A stretch of 50,529 bases of DNA from Betaproteobacteria bacterium (GTDB taxonomy: Bacteria; Pseudomonadota; Gammaproteobacteria; Burkholderiales; Burkholderiaceae_C), in the NCBI GenBank assembly GCA_009918225.1, contig RGEP01000001.1, forward strand, positions 1 through 50,529, written 5' to 3'. The number at the start of each line of letters is the position of its first letter. Position 1 is the stretch's first letter. This document shows, one piece after another, positions 12,656 through 23,417 of the stretch. The notes beneath the pieces are model-generated. The model made no database searches. It had not been told where the DNA came from and saw only the letters and a program-made list of their open reading frames with translations. The translations under genes and the position numbers were made by a program.

Positions 12656-13690
12656 TCAGGGAAATTTCTTTTCAAGTTGGCGCAGTCGGTCGCGCATCTG
12701 GTGCAGCTGACGCAGCGTGGCCGCGTTCTTTTCCCAGGCGGCATTGTCATCGAAGGGAAACACGCCGCTGTACTGGCCGGCCTTGTGGATCGAACGGGTC
12801 ACCACGGTGGCCGCCGAAACATGAACATCGTCGGCCAGGCTCAGATGCCCCAGGATGATGGCGCCACCGCCCACGGTGCAGCGCTGGCCGATCGTGGCAC
12901 TGCCAGCCACCCCCACGCAGCCGGCCATGGCCGAGCCGCGTCCGATGTGCACGTTGTGGCCAATTTGGATGAGGTTGTCGAGCTTGACGCCGTCTTCGAT
13001 CACGGTGTCTTCGAGGGCACCGCGGTCAACGCAGGTGTTGGCGCCGATTTCAACGTCATGGCCGGTGCGCACCGCGCCGAGCTGTTCGATCTTGACCCAC
13101 TGTCCGGCATGCGGGGCAAAGCCAAAGCCATCGGCCCCGATGACCACCCCTGGATGCAAGAGGTTGCGCTCACCCAGCCGGCAGCCCCACATCAGAGACA
13201 CCGATGCCGCCAAGCGGCTGTGGGCACCCACCACCGCGTCGGCGCCGATCACGCAATGAGGCCCCAGAACGGCCCCCGCTTCCACCACCGCCCCAGCGGC
13301 CACATGGCAAAAAGCCCCCACCGAAGCGCTGGGGTGCAGGCGGGCACCTGGCTCCACGACGGCACTGGGGTGCACACCCGCCAATGCTGGCGCGCGGCGC
13401 TGGGCAGCCCACCATTGGCTCAGCCGCGCATAGGCAAGGTAAGGGTCTTCGACCAGGACCAGGCTGGCCTGTGCGCACTCGCCAGCCTCCAGCGGCAAGG
13501 ACCGTTCAGCCAGGATCACGCAGCCGGCGCGGGTCGAGGCCAGCTGGGACCTGTAACGGGGGTTAGACAGGAAGGAGACGCTGTCGGGGCCAGCGGCCCG
13601 CAGCGTGGCCAAGCCGGCCAAGGGCCGCAGCGGGTCCCCTTGCACGCGGCCATTCACCAGGGTGGCGATGGCCTGCGGCGTGGTCAACAT
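12656..13690 (-). CDS. lpxD: UDP-3-O-acylglucosamine N-acyltransferase
   Basis: Hexapeptide-repeat core plus an N-terminal LpxD-type domain ([11 protein letters not shown]). ATG at 13690 (MLTTPQ...) is preferred; the alternative is GTG at 13714. Confidence 0.88.
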   Translation of the reverse strand: MLTTPQAIATLVNGRVQGDPLRPLAGLATLRAAGPDSVSFLSNPRYRSQLASTRAGCVILAERSLPLEAGECAQASLVLVEDPYLAYARLSQWWAAQRRAPALAGVHPSAVVEPGARLHPSASVGAFCHVAAGAVVEAGAVLGPHCVIGADAVVGAHSRLAASVSLMWGCRLGERNLLHPGVVIGADGFGFAPHAGQWVKIEQLGAVRTGHDVEIGANTCVDRGALEDTVIEDGVKLDNLIQIGHNVHIGRGSAMAGCVGVAGSATIGQRCTVGGGAIILGHLSLADDVHVSAATVVTRSIHKAGQYSGVFPFDDNAAWEKNAATLRQLHQMRDRLRQLEKKFP

Positions 13691-13727
13691 CGTCTTGCTC
13701 AAGGGCGCAGGCACGGCGCCCCGACGA

Positions 13728-14261
13728 TTACTTGGTGTTGTTCATCGCGTCCATCACCTTCTTGGTGATGTCGACGCGGGGGCCTGCGAAGCCCACATCA
13801 ATCAGGATCAGGTCGAACTTCTCGCTGTCCATGATCTGGCGGATCACGCGACCGGTGCGTTCCTGGATGGCTGCAATTTCTTCGTTGCGGCGCTGGTTGA
13901 GGTCTTCCTGGAACTCACGGCGCTTGCGTTGCAGGTCGCGGTCCTGCTCGCCGACTTCCCGCTGGCGGCGGTTGCGCTCGGCTTCGGACAGCGTGGGGGC
14001 GTCCTTTTCAAACTTGTCCGATGCAGCCTTCAGGCGGTTGGCCAGGTCGTTGAGGTCTTTTTCGCGCTTGCCGAATTCGGTCTCAATCTTGGTGCTGGCG
14101 CTGCGCGCGGCTGCCGACTCGCGCAGCACGCGTTCGCTGTTGACATAGCCGATCTTGAGTTCCTGCGCCTGAGCCGCCACAGGCAAGGCCGCAACAGCCG
14201 AAAAGGCCGCCAAAGCCGCCACGCCCAGGAACCGTTTAAAAGCAATCGTCTTCATCATCAT
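13728..14261 (-). CDS. skp: Periplasmic chaperone Skp/OmpH
   Basis: Signal peptide (...ALPVAAQA), then a coiled-coil, Lys/Glu/Arg-rich body. It sits between bamA and lpxD. Three consecutive ATGs lie at 14255-14261. Confidence 0.85.
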   Translation of the reverse strand: MMMKTIAFKRFLGVAALAAFSAVAALPVAAQAQELKIGYVNSERVLRESAAARSASTKIETEFGKREKDLNDLANRLKAASDKFEKDAPTLSEAERNRRQREVGEQDRDLQRKRREFQEDLNQRRNEEIAAIQERTGRVIRQIMDSEKFDLILIDVGFAGPRVDITKKVMDAMNNTK

Positions 14262-14263
14262 GG

Positions 14264-16573
14264 TCAGAACGCTGTGCCGATCTGGAATTGGAAACGCTGA
14301 ATTCTATCTTGCGGCCGGTACTTCACCGGCACACCCCAGCTGAGCTTGAGCGGGCCGACCGGCGAGATCCAGCTCAAGCCGATGCCGGCGGCCACCCGCA
14401 GAGACTCCACGTCCACCCGCTCGGTCTCGGCCCAGACGTTGCCCGCATCGGCAAAGCCAAACAGGCGCAGGCTCTTGTCATTGCCCGTACCGGGCACCGG
14501 CACATAGAGCTCGCTGTTGAGGTTGAACCGGCGAGATCCCCCGATGTAGGCACCGGTCACGTCCACCGGGCCCAGGGACCCTTGTTGGAAGACCCGCACC
14601 GACCCCAGGCCGCCGCCGTAGAAGTTCTTGAAGATGGGATACGGCTTGTTGCCCAAGCCAGCCCCCCACCCCAGCTCAGCGTTGACGCCCAGCGTGAGCT
14701 TGCGGTTCCAGAAGGGGAAGTACTGCTGGTACTGCAGATTGGTGCGCGTGTACTGCGCATCGCCCAAGGCAGACAGCTCCAGGTTGATGCGCTGCAGACG
14801 GCCGCGGCTCGGGGTCAACACATTGTCACGCTCATCACGGGCCCAGCCCACCGTCAAGGGGAAGGAGGTGCTGTTGGAGCCGAAATTCTCGCGATACAGG
14901 AAGTACAGGTTGGGCAATGCCGCCGAACCCTTGATTCGGGTTTGCTCCGCACCGATGCCCATGAACACCGTGTCCACCTCGGAGAAGGGCACGCCAAAAC
15001 GTATAGCCGCACCGGGGGTCATCAGCTCATAGGTTTCGCCCTGCGTGTTGTACGGGCGCGATGTCCGGTAGAACACGTCCAAGGCCCGCGACACACCGTC
15101 CTTGGTGAAGTACGGGTCAACCGTGGACACCACCAAATTGCGGTTGAAGCGGCTGCTGTTGACCTGCAGGCCCAGGTAGTGGCCCGTGCCCAGGAAATTC
15201 TCTTTCTGCAGCGAACCCGACACCGTCAGGCGCTCCAAACTGGAGTAACCCGCGCCGATTTGGAAGTTGCCGGTGGCCTTTTCCGTGACGCTGGCATTGA
15301 GGTCCACCTGGTCGGCGGTCCCCGGCACCTCCTGCGTCTCGATGTTCACGTCCTTGAAGTAAGCCATGCGCTCCAGGCGTTCCTTGGAGAGCTTGATCTT
15401 GCGGCCGTCATACCAGCTGGATTCAAACTGGCGGAACTCGCGCCGGATGACTTCATCTCGGGTGGTCGTGTTGCCGGCGATGTTGATGCGGCGAACATAG
15501 GCGCGGCGGCCCGGATCCACCACCAGGGTGAGCTCCACCTGGCCCGTTTCGCGGTTCATGTCCTGGCGGGCTTCGACCCGCGCGAACGCGTAACCGTAAA
15601 CACCGAAACGTTCGGTGATGCGGCGCTGCGTCTCGGCAACGTCTTGGCTGCGGTACGGCGAGCCGGGCTTGACCGCAATCAAGGCCTTGAACTCGTCGTC
15701 ACGCCCCAGCAACTCGCCTTCGAGTTTCACCCCGGTGACGGTGTAGGGCTGGCCTTCGCGCACGCTCACCATGATGGAGATCGACTGCTTGTCCGGCGAC
15801 ATCGTGACCTGCGTGGACTCCACGGCGAACTCCAGGTAGCCGCGGTTGGTGTAGTGCGCGCGCAGCGACTCGAGGTCGGCATTGAGCTTTGAGCGCGCAT
15901 AGCGGTCGCGCTTGCTGTACCAGGTGAACCAGCCGGTGGTGGTCTGCTCGAACAATTCCAGCAGGTCCTTTTCCTTGAACACCTTCGCACCCAAGATGCG
16001 CATCTCGCGAATCTTGGCCGGCTCGCCTTCGGTGGTGGTGAAGGTCACCGACACCCGGTTGCGTTCCTGGGGCGTCACGGTGGTGACCACCTCTGCCCCG
16101 TACAGGCTGCGGGTCAGGTACTGGCGCTTGATTTCCTGCTCGGCCCGGTCCACCAGCGCACGGTCAAATGGTTGGCCCTCTGAGATACCGGCATCTTTCA
16201 GGGCCTTGACCAAGGTGTCCTTGTCAAACTCCTTGATGCCAGCGAAATTCACGCTGCCAATGATGGGGCGCTCCTCAACCACCACCACGAGCACCTGGTC
16301 CTCGACCTGCAGGCGCACGTCCTTGAACAGGCCCGTGGCGAACAGGGCACGGACCGCGGCTGCGCCTTTCTCTTCGTTGTAGAGGTCGCCCACTCGAAAG
16401 GGCAAGGCCGCGAAGACGGTGCCGGGGTCAGAGCGCTGCAGGCCCTCCACCCGGATGTCCTTGATCGAAAAGGGATCGATGGCCCAAGCCAGGCTGGGTA
16501 TGGCCGACAGGGCCGCCGCGGCCACGCAGGCGATCAGGGGGTTCAGGCGATGCGCCGGATCAGGTAGGGACAT
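14264..16573 (-). CDS. bamA: Outer-membrane protein assembly factor BamA
   Basis: 769 aa with a signal peptide, POTRA-type repeats (IKDIRVEGLQR...), and a C-terminal beta-barrel ending ...FQFQIGTAF with a terminal aromatic residue. Confidence 0.95.
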   Translation of the reverse strand: MSLPDPAHRLNPLIACVAAAALSAIPSLAWAIDPFSIKDIRVEGLQRSDPGTVFAALPFRVGDLYNEEKGAAAVRALFATGLFKDVRLQVEDQVLVVVVEERPIIGSVNFAGIKEFDKDTLVKALKDAGISEGQPFDRALVDRAEQEIKRQYLTRSLYGAEVVTTVTPQERNRVSVTFTTTEGEPAKIREMRILGAKVFKEKDLLELFEQTTTGWFTWYSKRDRYARSKLNADLESLRAHYTNRGYLEFAVESTQVTMSPDKQSISIMVSVREGQPYTVTGVKLEGELLGRDDEFKALIAVKPGSPYRSQDVAETQRRITERFGVYGYAFARVEARQDMNRETGQVELTLVVDPGRRAYVRRINIAGNTTTRDEVIRREFRQFESSWYDGRKIKLSKERLERMAYFKDVNIETQEVPGTADQVDLNASVTEKATGNFQIGAGYSSLERLTVSGSLQKENFLGTGHYLGLQVNSSRFNRNLVVSTVDPYFTKDGVSRALDVFYRTSRPYNTQGETYELMTPGAAIRFGVPFSEVDTVFMGIGAEQTRIKGSAALPNLYFLYRENFGSNSTSFPLTVGWARDERDNVLTPSRGRLQRINLELSALGDAQYTRTNLQYQQYFPFWNRKLTLGVNAELGWGAGLGNKPYPIFKNFYGGGLGSVRVFQQGSLGPVDVTGAYIGGSRRFNLNSELYVPVPGTGNDKSLRLFGFADAGNVWAETERVDVESLRVAAGIGLSWISPVGPLKLSWGVPVKYRPQDRIQRFQFQIGTAF

Positions 16574-16582
16574 GGATGGCAG

Positions 16583-17971
16583 TCAGTTCAGGCCCAGGAG
16601 GCGCAAGACATCGTTGGTCAGCGCCAAAGCCATCAGCATCAGCAGGAGCACCATGCCGATGCGCTGAAGGCGTTCAAGCCAGAGGTCCGAGGGCGGACGA
16701 CCGGTGAACGCCTCGAAAAGATGATACATGAGGTGTCCGCCGTCGAGCATTGGCAAGGGCACGAGGTTCAACACAAACAGGCTGATGCTGACCAGGGCCA
16801 GGAAGCCCAAATACTGGGTGGCCCCCCGCTGCACCGACTGCCCAGCGGCGTCGGCGATGGTCAAGGGACCTGAGAGTTGGCGCAGGGAGGCCTCGCCCAC
16901 GATCATGCGGCCGATCATGCGCACCGTCAGCCAAGACATCTCCAGGGATTGGGACAGACCGTGGCCCAGAGCCTGCAGGGGGTCTTTGCGCACGGTCACC
17001 CACTCCGGTGATCCGCCAATGGCGGCCTCCACCCGCGCCACCGACAGGCCATCGGCGGAAACGGTTGGCCGCGGGCGCACCTCCAACTCCAACTCCCGAC
17101 CCTGTCGCTCGACACGCCAAAGCTGGGGTGGTGCCCCAGCGGCGTGGGCACGGATGCGCTCCCGCAGGGCCGCCGCATCGCGCACGCCCACCCCATCAAC
17201 GGCCAGAACCCGATCGCCAGGCTGCACCCCTGCCTCTTGGGCCGCACCACCGTCGACCACCCGTTGAATCAGGGCCTCGCTGTAGGCACCGGTCAAGCCC
17301 ACACGCTTGAGGAACCGTTCATCCACCTCGCCCCCGAAAGCCGACAGGTCCAGGGTCACGGAACGCCCCACGGCCCGCCCTTCTTGCGCGACTTGAAGGC
17401 TCACGGTTTGCCGATCGAGAGCAGCCCGGGTGAGCTGCCACTGCAGCCCCGTGAGCGACTCCACCGCTTCACAGTCCTGCCCATCACCACGGCCCAAGGG
17501 GCTCGGCGCTCCGGTGCACAAGGCCACCACCCGGTCGCCGGCCTGCACGCCGGCCCGCTCCATCACACTGCCGGCCGCCGGCGTGGCCACTCGCGCCACC
17601 GGCTCTTGGGTGCCCCACCAGGCGGCCAACGCATACAGCAACACGGCCAGCACCAGGTTGGCCAGGGGCCCAGCCGCCACAATCAACGAGCGCTGCACCA
17701 AGGGCCGGTGGTCGAAGGCCTTGTGCCAATCCTGCTGCGCAACGGTGTCCTCACGCGAGTCCAGCATGCGCACATAGCCCCCCAGCGGCAAGGCGCACAC
17801 GACCCACTCAGTAGCTTCAGGGTCGGCTTGCCGACGCCAAAGGACCGGGCCAAAGCCCACGGAAAAACGCAGGACCCGCACCCCACAGGCCCTGGCCATG
17901 CGGTAGTGCCCCCACTCATGGACCGTGACGAGCACGGCAATGGTCAACAGGAAAGACAAGAGTGTGGTCAT
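16583..17971 (-). CDS. rseP: RIP zinc metalloprotease RseP
   Basis: HEWGHY (HExxH) in TM1, central PDZ-like regions, and NLVPLPMLDGGH (NxxPxxxLDG) near the C-terminus. Confidence 0.9.
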   Translation of the reverse strand: MTTLLSFLLTIAVLVTVHEWGHYRMARACGVRVLRFSVGFGPVLWRRQADPEATEWVVCALPLGGYVRMLDSREDTVAQQDWHKAFDHRPLVQRSLIVAAGPLANLVLAVLLYALAAWWGTQEPVARVATPAAGSVMERAGVQAGDRVVALCTGAPSPLGRGDGQDCEAVESLTGLQWQLTRAALDRQTVSLQVAQEGRAVGRSVTLDLSAFGGEVDERFLKRVGLTGAYSEALIQRVVDGGAAQEAGVQPGDRVLAVDGVGVRDAAALRERIRAHAAGAPPQLWRVERQGRELELEVRPRPTVSADGLSVARVEAAIGGSPEWVTVRKDPLQALGHGLSQSLEMSWLTVRMIGRMIVGEASLRQLSGPLTIADAAGQSVQRGATQYLGFLALVSISLFVLNLVPLPMLDGGHLMYHLFEAFTGRPPSDLWLERLQRIGMVLLLMLMALALTNDVLRLLGLN

Positions 17972-17989
17972 GAGCGCCCGTCAGCTTCC

Positions 17990-19180
17990 TTACAGGGCCC
18001 GCTCATCCGCCCACTGCCCAACCCGAGCCCGCACCCCCTGGTCGAGATCGATCAGGTCGTCCAAGCCGGCGTTGGCGCCCAGGCGCGGCTCGATGTCAGC
18101 CAAGGCGCGCGCATTGAGGCGGTAGATGTCCATGAAGCCGATGCGTCCGGCCAAGAAGCGCTCTACCGCCACCTCATTGGCCGCGTTGAGCACCGCCGTA
18201 CTGCCCAGTGGGCTGCGCAAGGCCTCCCACGACAAAAACAGCCCGGGGAAACGGCGCTCATCGGCCTGTTCAAAACTCAGGGCCTTCAATGAGGCCCATT
18301 CCAACGCTGAGGCGCCAGACTCCATGCGCTCCGGCCAGGCCAAGCCATAGGCAATCGGAACCCGCATGTCGGGCGTACCCAACTGGGCCAACACCGACTG
18401 GTCTCGGCAGACCACCATCGAGTGCACGATGCTCTGGGGATGGATGACCGCGCGAATGCGCTCGGGCTCCAGGTCGAACAGCCACCGGGCCTCGATGACC
18501 TCCAGCGCCTTGTTCATCATCGTGGCGGAGTCCACGGAAATCTTGCGGCCCATGACCCAAGTGGGGTGTGCGCAGGCCTCGTCGGGTGTGACGGCCTCCA
18601 ATGAGGCAGGGTCGCGCTGGCGAAACGGGCCGCCGGATGCGGTGAGGATGATGTGGTCCACCCGCTGGGCCCAGGTCCGTCGGTCTTCGGGCAGGCACTG
18701 AAAGATCGCCGAGTGTTCGCTGTCGATGGGGATCAAGGTGGCACCGCCCTCCCGAACCGCCTGCATGAACACGGCGCCGCCAACCACCAGGGCTTCCTTG
18801 TTGGCCAGCAACAGGCGCTTGCCGCTGCGCGCAGCGGCCAGGCAAGACGGCAGGCCAGCCGCCCCCACCACCGCAGCCATCACAGCGTCGATCTCGGGAT
18901 GCGAGGCCACCTCGCACAGGGCCTGCGGGCCGGCCAGCACCTCGGTGGGACATCCCTGGGCCTGCAGTTGGCGCTTCACATCCAAGGCCTTGGCCTCGTC
19001 GCTCACCACCGCCCACCTCGGCTTCCACTGCAGGCATTGGGCAATCAGCTGGTCCGTTCGGCTGTGGGCCGACAGGGCGCTGACCTCAATGCGCTGCGGG
19101 TGGCGTGCCGCCACGTCCAGGGTGTTGCAACCTATTGAGCCCGTGGAGCCCAAGACCGCCAGTCGCATTCGCCCGCTCAT
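17990..19180 (-). CDS. dxr: 1-deoxy-D-xylulose-5-phosphate reductoisomerase
   Basis: LGSTGSIG NADPH-binding motif, PIDSEHSAIFQ and NKALEVIEA motifs. The ATG at 19180 forms an ATGA overlap with the cdsA stop. Confidence 0.95.
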   Translation of the reverse strand: MSGRMRLAVLGSTGSIGCNTLDVAARHPQRIEVSALSAHSRTDQLIAQCLQWKPRWAVVSDEAKALDVKRQLQAQGCPTEVLAGPQALCEVASHPEIDAVMAAVVGAAGLPSCLAAARSGKRLLLANKEALVVGGAVFMQAVREGGATLIPIDSEHSAIFQCLPEDRRTWAQRVDHIILTASGGPFRQRDPASLEAVTPDEACAHPTWVMGRKISVDSATMMNKALEVIEARWLFDLEPERIRAVIHPQSIVHSMVVCRDQSVLAQLGTPDMRVPIAYGLAWPERMESGASALEWASLKALSFEQADERRFPGLFLSWEALRSPLGSTAVLNAANEVAVERFLAGRIGFMDIYRLNARALADIEPRLGANAGLDDLIDLDQGVRARVGQWADERAL

Positions 19181-20034
19181 CGCCCCCCCAAGGCCAAGAC
19201 CGCCAGCGCCGCTGGCAACACCGGTAACAAAGCGTCCACCCGGTCGAGCACACCGCCATGGCCCGGCAGCAGGCCGCTGCTGTCCTTCGCGCCTACGGCA
19301 CGCTTGATCATCGACTCAAAAAGGTCGCCCACCACGCCCAGGGCCACCAAGGCCGTGACCACCACCCCCAAGCCCAGCACGCCAAAGTCACGCCGCGCAA
19401 GCGCAAACACGCTCAGCGAATCGGCCGTGAGTTGCCGCTCCATGAACATCCACAGCAGGGCCAGCAGGCCCACGCCCACGCAGGCCCCCGCCACGCCCTC
19501 CCAGGTCTTGCCTGGGCTCAACGACGGTGCCAGCTTCCGGCGCCCGAAGCGGTGGCCGGCGAAGTAGGCCGCAATATCTGAGGCCCACACGATGCACATC
19601 ACCGACAACATGAAGTTCACCCCGACCCCGCGTGCCAGGGTCAAGGCCCACCAGGTGCTCAGCATCACCACCAGCCCACCGGCCAATCGCAAAGCCGCTG
19701 GCACGCGGGCCCAGCCCTGAGGCCCCTGGGGCATCAGCAGCAGGCAGGCCACCACCCAGGACACCGTCAGCCATGCCCATCCCAGGCCCGGCGCATCCCA
19801 TAGAGCCCCGGATGATCCGGGCCACAGGCCCATGAGGGCAGCGCACAGGGGCAGTACCGCCGCATAGGCCACAGCCGCCGCGCCCTTTCGCCCGTTCAAG
19901 GCGGCCCACTCCCAAGCGCCCGCAGTGGCCAAGGCCAGGGCGAACAGGCTGAATGGGATCACCGATTCGGTGAACAGGGTGGGCAGCAGCACCGCAAGCA
20001 GGAGCAGCGCGGTGATCACACGCTGGCGCAGCAT
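19177..20034 (-). CDS. cdsA: Phosphatidate cytidylyltransferase
   Basis: Multi-pass membrane protein with the CTP-transferase signature SMIKRAVGAKDSSGLLPGHGGVLDRVD. Confidence 0.9.
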   Translation of the reverse strand: MLRQRVITALLLLAVLLPTLFTESVIPFSLFALALATAGAWEWAALNGRKGAAAVAYAAVLPLCAALMGLWPGSSGALWDAPGLGWAWLTVSWVVACLLLMPQGPQGWARVPAALRLAGGLVVMLSTWWALTLARGVGVNFMLSVMCIVWASDIAAYFAGHRFGRRKLAPSLSPGKTWEGVAGACVGVGLLALLWMFMERQLTADSLSVFALARRDFGVLGLGVVVTALVALGVVGDLFESMIKRAVGAKDSSGLLPGHGGVLDRVDALLPVLPAALAVLALGGR

Positions 20035-20109
20035 CGCCTCAGGCCCTCTTGAAATGATGGTGCGCCTGGCACCGCGACGCCCGCCGGCAGAGCGTGTGAC
20101 GTCGGTGCG

Positions 20110-20922
20110 TCAACCACGGGCGACCAGGGGGTTGCCATGGCCACCGGCCACCGGACGTAGGCCACCGCTGCGATCCGGTTCTGAAGCCGGCGGATGGTGG
20201 TCCGGCAAGGAACCAAAGCGTCGCTCACGGGAGGCATAAAACGCCAAGGCCTGCTGGACGTCGTCGTCGTCAAACTCTGGCCACAGGCGTTCGGTGAAGA
20301 ACATTTCGGCATACGCCAACTGCCACAACAAAAAGTTGCTGAGCCGGCACTCGCCACCCGTGCGGATCAAGAGGTCGGGGTCTGGCGTATCGGCCAAAGC
20401 CATGTAGCGCCCCAAGCTGTGTTCGTCGAGGTGCTCGGGCGACACGCCAGCGGCCATGGCCCGTTTGCAGGCCTGCACCACGTCCCAGCGGCCTCCATAG
20501 TTGAAGGCGACGTTCAACGTCACCCGACGGTTGCCGGCGGTGGCCTCTTCCATCTTGGCAAAGGCTTGGCGAACTTTGGGTGACAGGGCGCTGAGGTCCC
20601 CAACAGCGCGCAAGCGCACCCCCTGGGCAGCCAGGGGATTGAGGTGGGCCTTCATCGCCGTGGGCACCAGGGACATCAGCCCTGAAACCTCGGGTTCCGG
20701 CCGGTTCCAGTTTTCGGTGGAAAACGCGTAGACCGTCAGGATCTGCACGCCACGGGCGGTAAATGCCCGCACCGCCCGTACCAGGGCCTCCACGCCTTCC
20801 TTGTGCCCCAGCAGGCGCGGCAGGCCGCGCTGCGTGGCCCAACGCCCGTTGCCGTCCATGACGATGGCCACATGGCGCGGCACCGCAGGCTCAGACTTGG
20901 GCTTGGGGCTGTCAGACTTCAC
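20110..20922 (-). CDS. uppS: Di-trans,poly-cis-undecaprenyl-diphosphate synthase
   Basis: HVAIVMDGNGRWA and ERRFG motifs. There is no ATG between the frr stop and the conserved core. GTG at 20922 (V-K-S-D-S...) lies 25 nt after frr and gives a normal-length N-terminus. The ORF-track start at 21030 would overlap frr by 83 nt. Confidence 0.82.
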   Translation of the reverse strand: MKSDSPKPKSEPAVPRHVAIVMDGNGRWATQRGLPRLLGHKEGVEALVRAVRAFTARGVQILTVYAFSTENWNRPEPEVSGLMSLVPTAMKAHLNPLAAQGVRLRAVGDLSALSPKVRQAFAKMEEATAGNRRVTLNVAFNYGGRWDVVQACKRAMAAGVSPEHLDEHSLGRYMALADTPDPDLLIRTGGECRLSNFLLWQLAYAEMFFTERLWPEFDDDDVQQALAFYASRERRFGSLPDHHPPASEPDRSGGLRPVAGGHGNPLVARG

Positions 20923-20947
20923 AGGCCGTACCGTTGGATCCTGGCGG

Positions 20948-21508
20948 TCAAACCGCCATGATCTCTGCTTCCTTGCCCTGAACCAGCCGGTCGACCTCGG
21001 CCACCGTACGGTCGGTGAGCTTTTGCACATCGTCCTGGGCGCGGCGCTCGTCGTCTTCGCTGGCCAACTTGTCCTTGACCAGTTTCTTGACCTGTTCGTT
21101 GGCGTCGCGGCGCAGGTTGCGCACGGCCACCTTGCAGTCTTCGCCGGTGGAGCGCACCACCTTGGTCAGTTCGCGCCGGCGCTCCTCGGTGAGGGCGGGC
21201 ATGGGCACCCGCAGCAAGTCGCCCTGCGCGCTGGGGTTCAGGCCCAAGTCGCTCTCGCGGATGGCTTTCTCGATCTTGGGCGCCATGCCCTTTTCCCAGG
21301 GCTGCACGCTGATGGTGCGGGCGTCGAGCAGGCTCACATTGGCCACTTGGCTGATGGGCACCATCGAGCCGTAGTAGTCCACCTGCACCTGGTCGAGGAT
21401 GCCGGGGTGGGCGCGGCCGGTGCGGATCTTCTGCAGCTCACCCTTCAAGGACTCGATGGACTTGGCCATCTTCTGTTCGGCGGTCTTCTTGATGTCGGCG
21501 ATGGTCAT
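20948..21508 (-). CDS. frr: Ribosome recycling factor
   Basis: 186 aa. [27 protein letters not shown] is a typical RRF sequence. Confidence 0.95.
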   Translation of the reverse strand: MTIADIKKTAEQKMAKSIESLKGELQKIRTGRAHPGILDQVQVDYYGSMVPISQVANVSLLDARTISVQPWEKGMAPKIEKAIRESDLGLNPSAQGDLLRVPMPALTEERRRELTKVVRSTGEDCKVAVRNLRRDANEQVKKLVKDKLASEDDERRAQDDVQKLTDRTVAEVDRLVQGKEAEIMAV

Positions 21509-21532
21509 GGCAATGGACAGATCGAAAGGCGT

Positions 21533-22243
21533 TCAAACGTGCACCAAGGTGCCTTCGTCTTCACCCTGCACCACACGGCGCAAGGCTCCAGATTTGAAGA
21601 TGCTGAACACCTTGATGGGCAGTTTTTGGTCGCGGCACAGCGCAAAGGCGGTGGCGTCCATCACCGCCAGGTTGCGGGAGATGGCTTCGTCGAAGCTGAT
21701 TTGGGAGTAGCGCTGAGCGCTGGGGTCTTTGTGGGGATCGGCCGAGTACACGCCGTCCACCTTGGTGGCCTTGAGCACCACCTCGGCACCAATCTCGGCA
21801 CCGCGCAGGGCTGCAGCGGTATCGGTGGTGAAAAAGGGGTTGCCCGTACCGGCCGCAAAGATCACGACCTTGCCCTCTTCCAGGTACTGCAGGGCTTTGG
21901 GTCGCACATAAGGCTCGACCACCTGTTCAATGCCAATGGCGCTCATCACGCGGGCGGTAAGCCCTTCCTGGCGCATCGTGTCGGACAAGGCCAGGCTGTT
22001 CATCACGGTGGCCAGCATGCCCATGTAGTCGGCGGTGGCGCGGTCCATGCCCACCGAGCCGCCGGCCACACCGCGGAAGATGTTGCCCCCACCGATCACC
22101 ACCGCCACCTCGCAGCCCAACTGGGTGACTTCGGCCACCTCGCGGACCATGCGCACGATGGTGGCCCGGTTGATGCCGTAGGCATCGTCGCCCATGAGGG
22201 CTTCCCCGGAAAGCTTCAGAAGGATGCGTCGGTAGGCAGGCAT
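21533..22243 (-). CDS. pyrH: UMP kinase
   Basis: [18 protein letters not shown] and [11 protein letters not shown] motifs. ATG at 22243. Confidence 0.95.
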   Translation of the reverse strand: MPAYRRILLKLSGEALMGDDAYGINRATIVRMVREVAEVTQLGCEVAVVIGGGNIFRGVAGGSVGMDRATADYMGMLATVMNSLALSDTMRQEGLTARVMSAIGIEQVVEPYVRPKALQYLEEGKVVIFAAGTGNPFFTTDTAAALRGAEIGAEVVLKATKVDGVYSADPHKDPSAQRYSQISFDEAISRNLAVMDATAFALCRDQKLPIKVFSIFKSGALRRVVQGEDEGTLVHV

Positions 22244-22390
22244 GCGCGGCGGTAGAGGCTTTCGACAAACACCCCAGTGTAAGGGGCGAAAGGGGGCTGG
22301 GGGCTTGGGATCTGTGCCGGGGCTGCCCCGGCGCTTGGCCCTCACCCACGCGACGGGCGGCCGCACGGGGCCGCCTGCGCGGACCGCCCC

Positions 22391-23290
22391 TTACTGGGCC
22401 TTGCTGGCCGCCGCCACTTGGGCGGCCACCTCAGCGGCGAAGTCGTCCTGCTTCTTCTCGATGCCCTCGCCCACCACGTACAGGGTGAAACCCTTGGCAG
22501 CCGTAGAGGTGGACTTCAAATACGCCCCCACGGTTTGCTTGCCGTCGGCGGCCTTCACGAACACCTGGTCCAGCAAAGAAACTTCCTTGAGGAATTTCTG
22601 CACCGAGCCTTCCACCATCTTGGCCACGATGTCGGCAGGCTTGCCCGACTCGGCTGCTTTTTCGGTGGCAATCTTGCGTTCCTTGTCCACCAGTTCAGCG
22701 GGCACTTCGGCGCTGGACAAGGCGGCGGGCTTCATGGCAGCAATGTGCATGGCCGTGTCCTTGGCCGCCACGTCGTCGCCCTCAAACTCCACGATCACGC
22801 CAATGCGCGTGCCGTGCAGGTAGGAGGCCAGCTTGCCGCCACCGGCATAGCGCTTGAAACGCCGAATGGTCATGTTTTCGCCGATCTTGCCGATCAGGCC
22901 CTTGCGCACGTCTTCCACCGTGGGGCCGAAGGACTCCATGCTCAGCGGCAGGGCTGACAACGCAGCCACATCGGCGGGGTTGCTCGAGGCCACCAATTCG
23001 GCGCATGCCTTGGCAAAGGCCAGGAAGGCGTCGTTCTTGGAAACGAAGTCGGTTTCGCAGTTGATCTCGATCAGGGCGCCAGTGCTGCCCGACACGGCTG
23101 CCGAAATCACGCCTTCGGCGGTGATGCGGGCAGCGGCCTTGCCCGCCTTGTTGCCCAACTTGACGCGCAGGATCTCTTCGGCACGGACCATGTCGCCATC
23201 GGCCTCGGTCAGCGCTTTCTTGCACTCCATCATCGGCGCGTCGGTCTTGGCGCGCAGTTCAGCCACCATGCTGGCGGTAATCGCAGGCAT
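22391..23290 (-). CDS. tsf: Translation elongation factor Ts
   Basis: [27 protein letters not shown] is the UBA-like N-terminus of EF-Ts. The protein is 299 aa. Confidence 0.95.
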   Translation of the reverse strand: MPAITASMVAELRAKTDAPMMECKKALTEADGDMVRAEEILRVKLGNKAGKAAARITAEGVISAAVSGSTGALIEINCETDFVSKNDAFLAFAKACAELVASSNPADVAALSALPLSMESFGPTVEDVRKGLIGKIGENMTIRRFKRYAGGGKLASYLHGTRIGVIVEFEGDDVAAKDTAMHIAAMKPAALSSAEVPAELVDKERKIATEKAAESGKPADIVAKMVEGSVQKFLKEVSLLDQVFVKAADGKQTVGAYLKSTSTAAKGFTLYVVGEGIEKKQDDFAAEVAAQVAAASKAQ

Positions 23291-23311
23291 CTTGTTTTCT
23301 CCGTAGGTTTG

Positions 23312-23335
23312 AAAAAGGGGCCTTGCAGGCCCCCT
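23312..23335 (-). terminator. Intrinsic terminator/attenuator in the rpsB-tsf spacer
   Basis: The minus strand reads ggggcct-gca-aggcccc followed by TTTTT (plus-strand A-run 23312-23316), a 6-7 bp GC stem. An attenuating terminator between rpsB and tsf is known in E. coli. Confidence 0.6.
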
Positions 23336-23417
23336 TGGGTATGTGGGTGTGGATGCAAAGCCTGGGGAGGCTCATCCAGGGCTGGGGGACCCGGTGCGGC
23401 ATCCCCTATGCCGCTGC

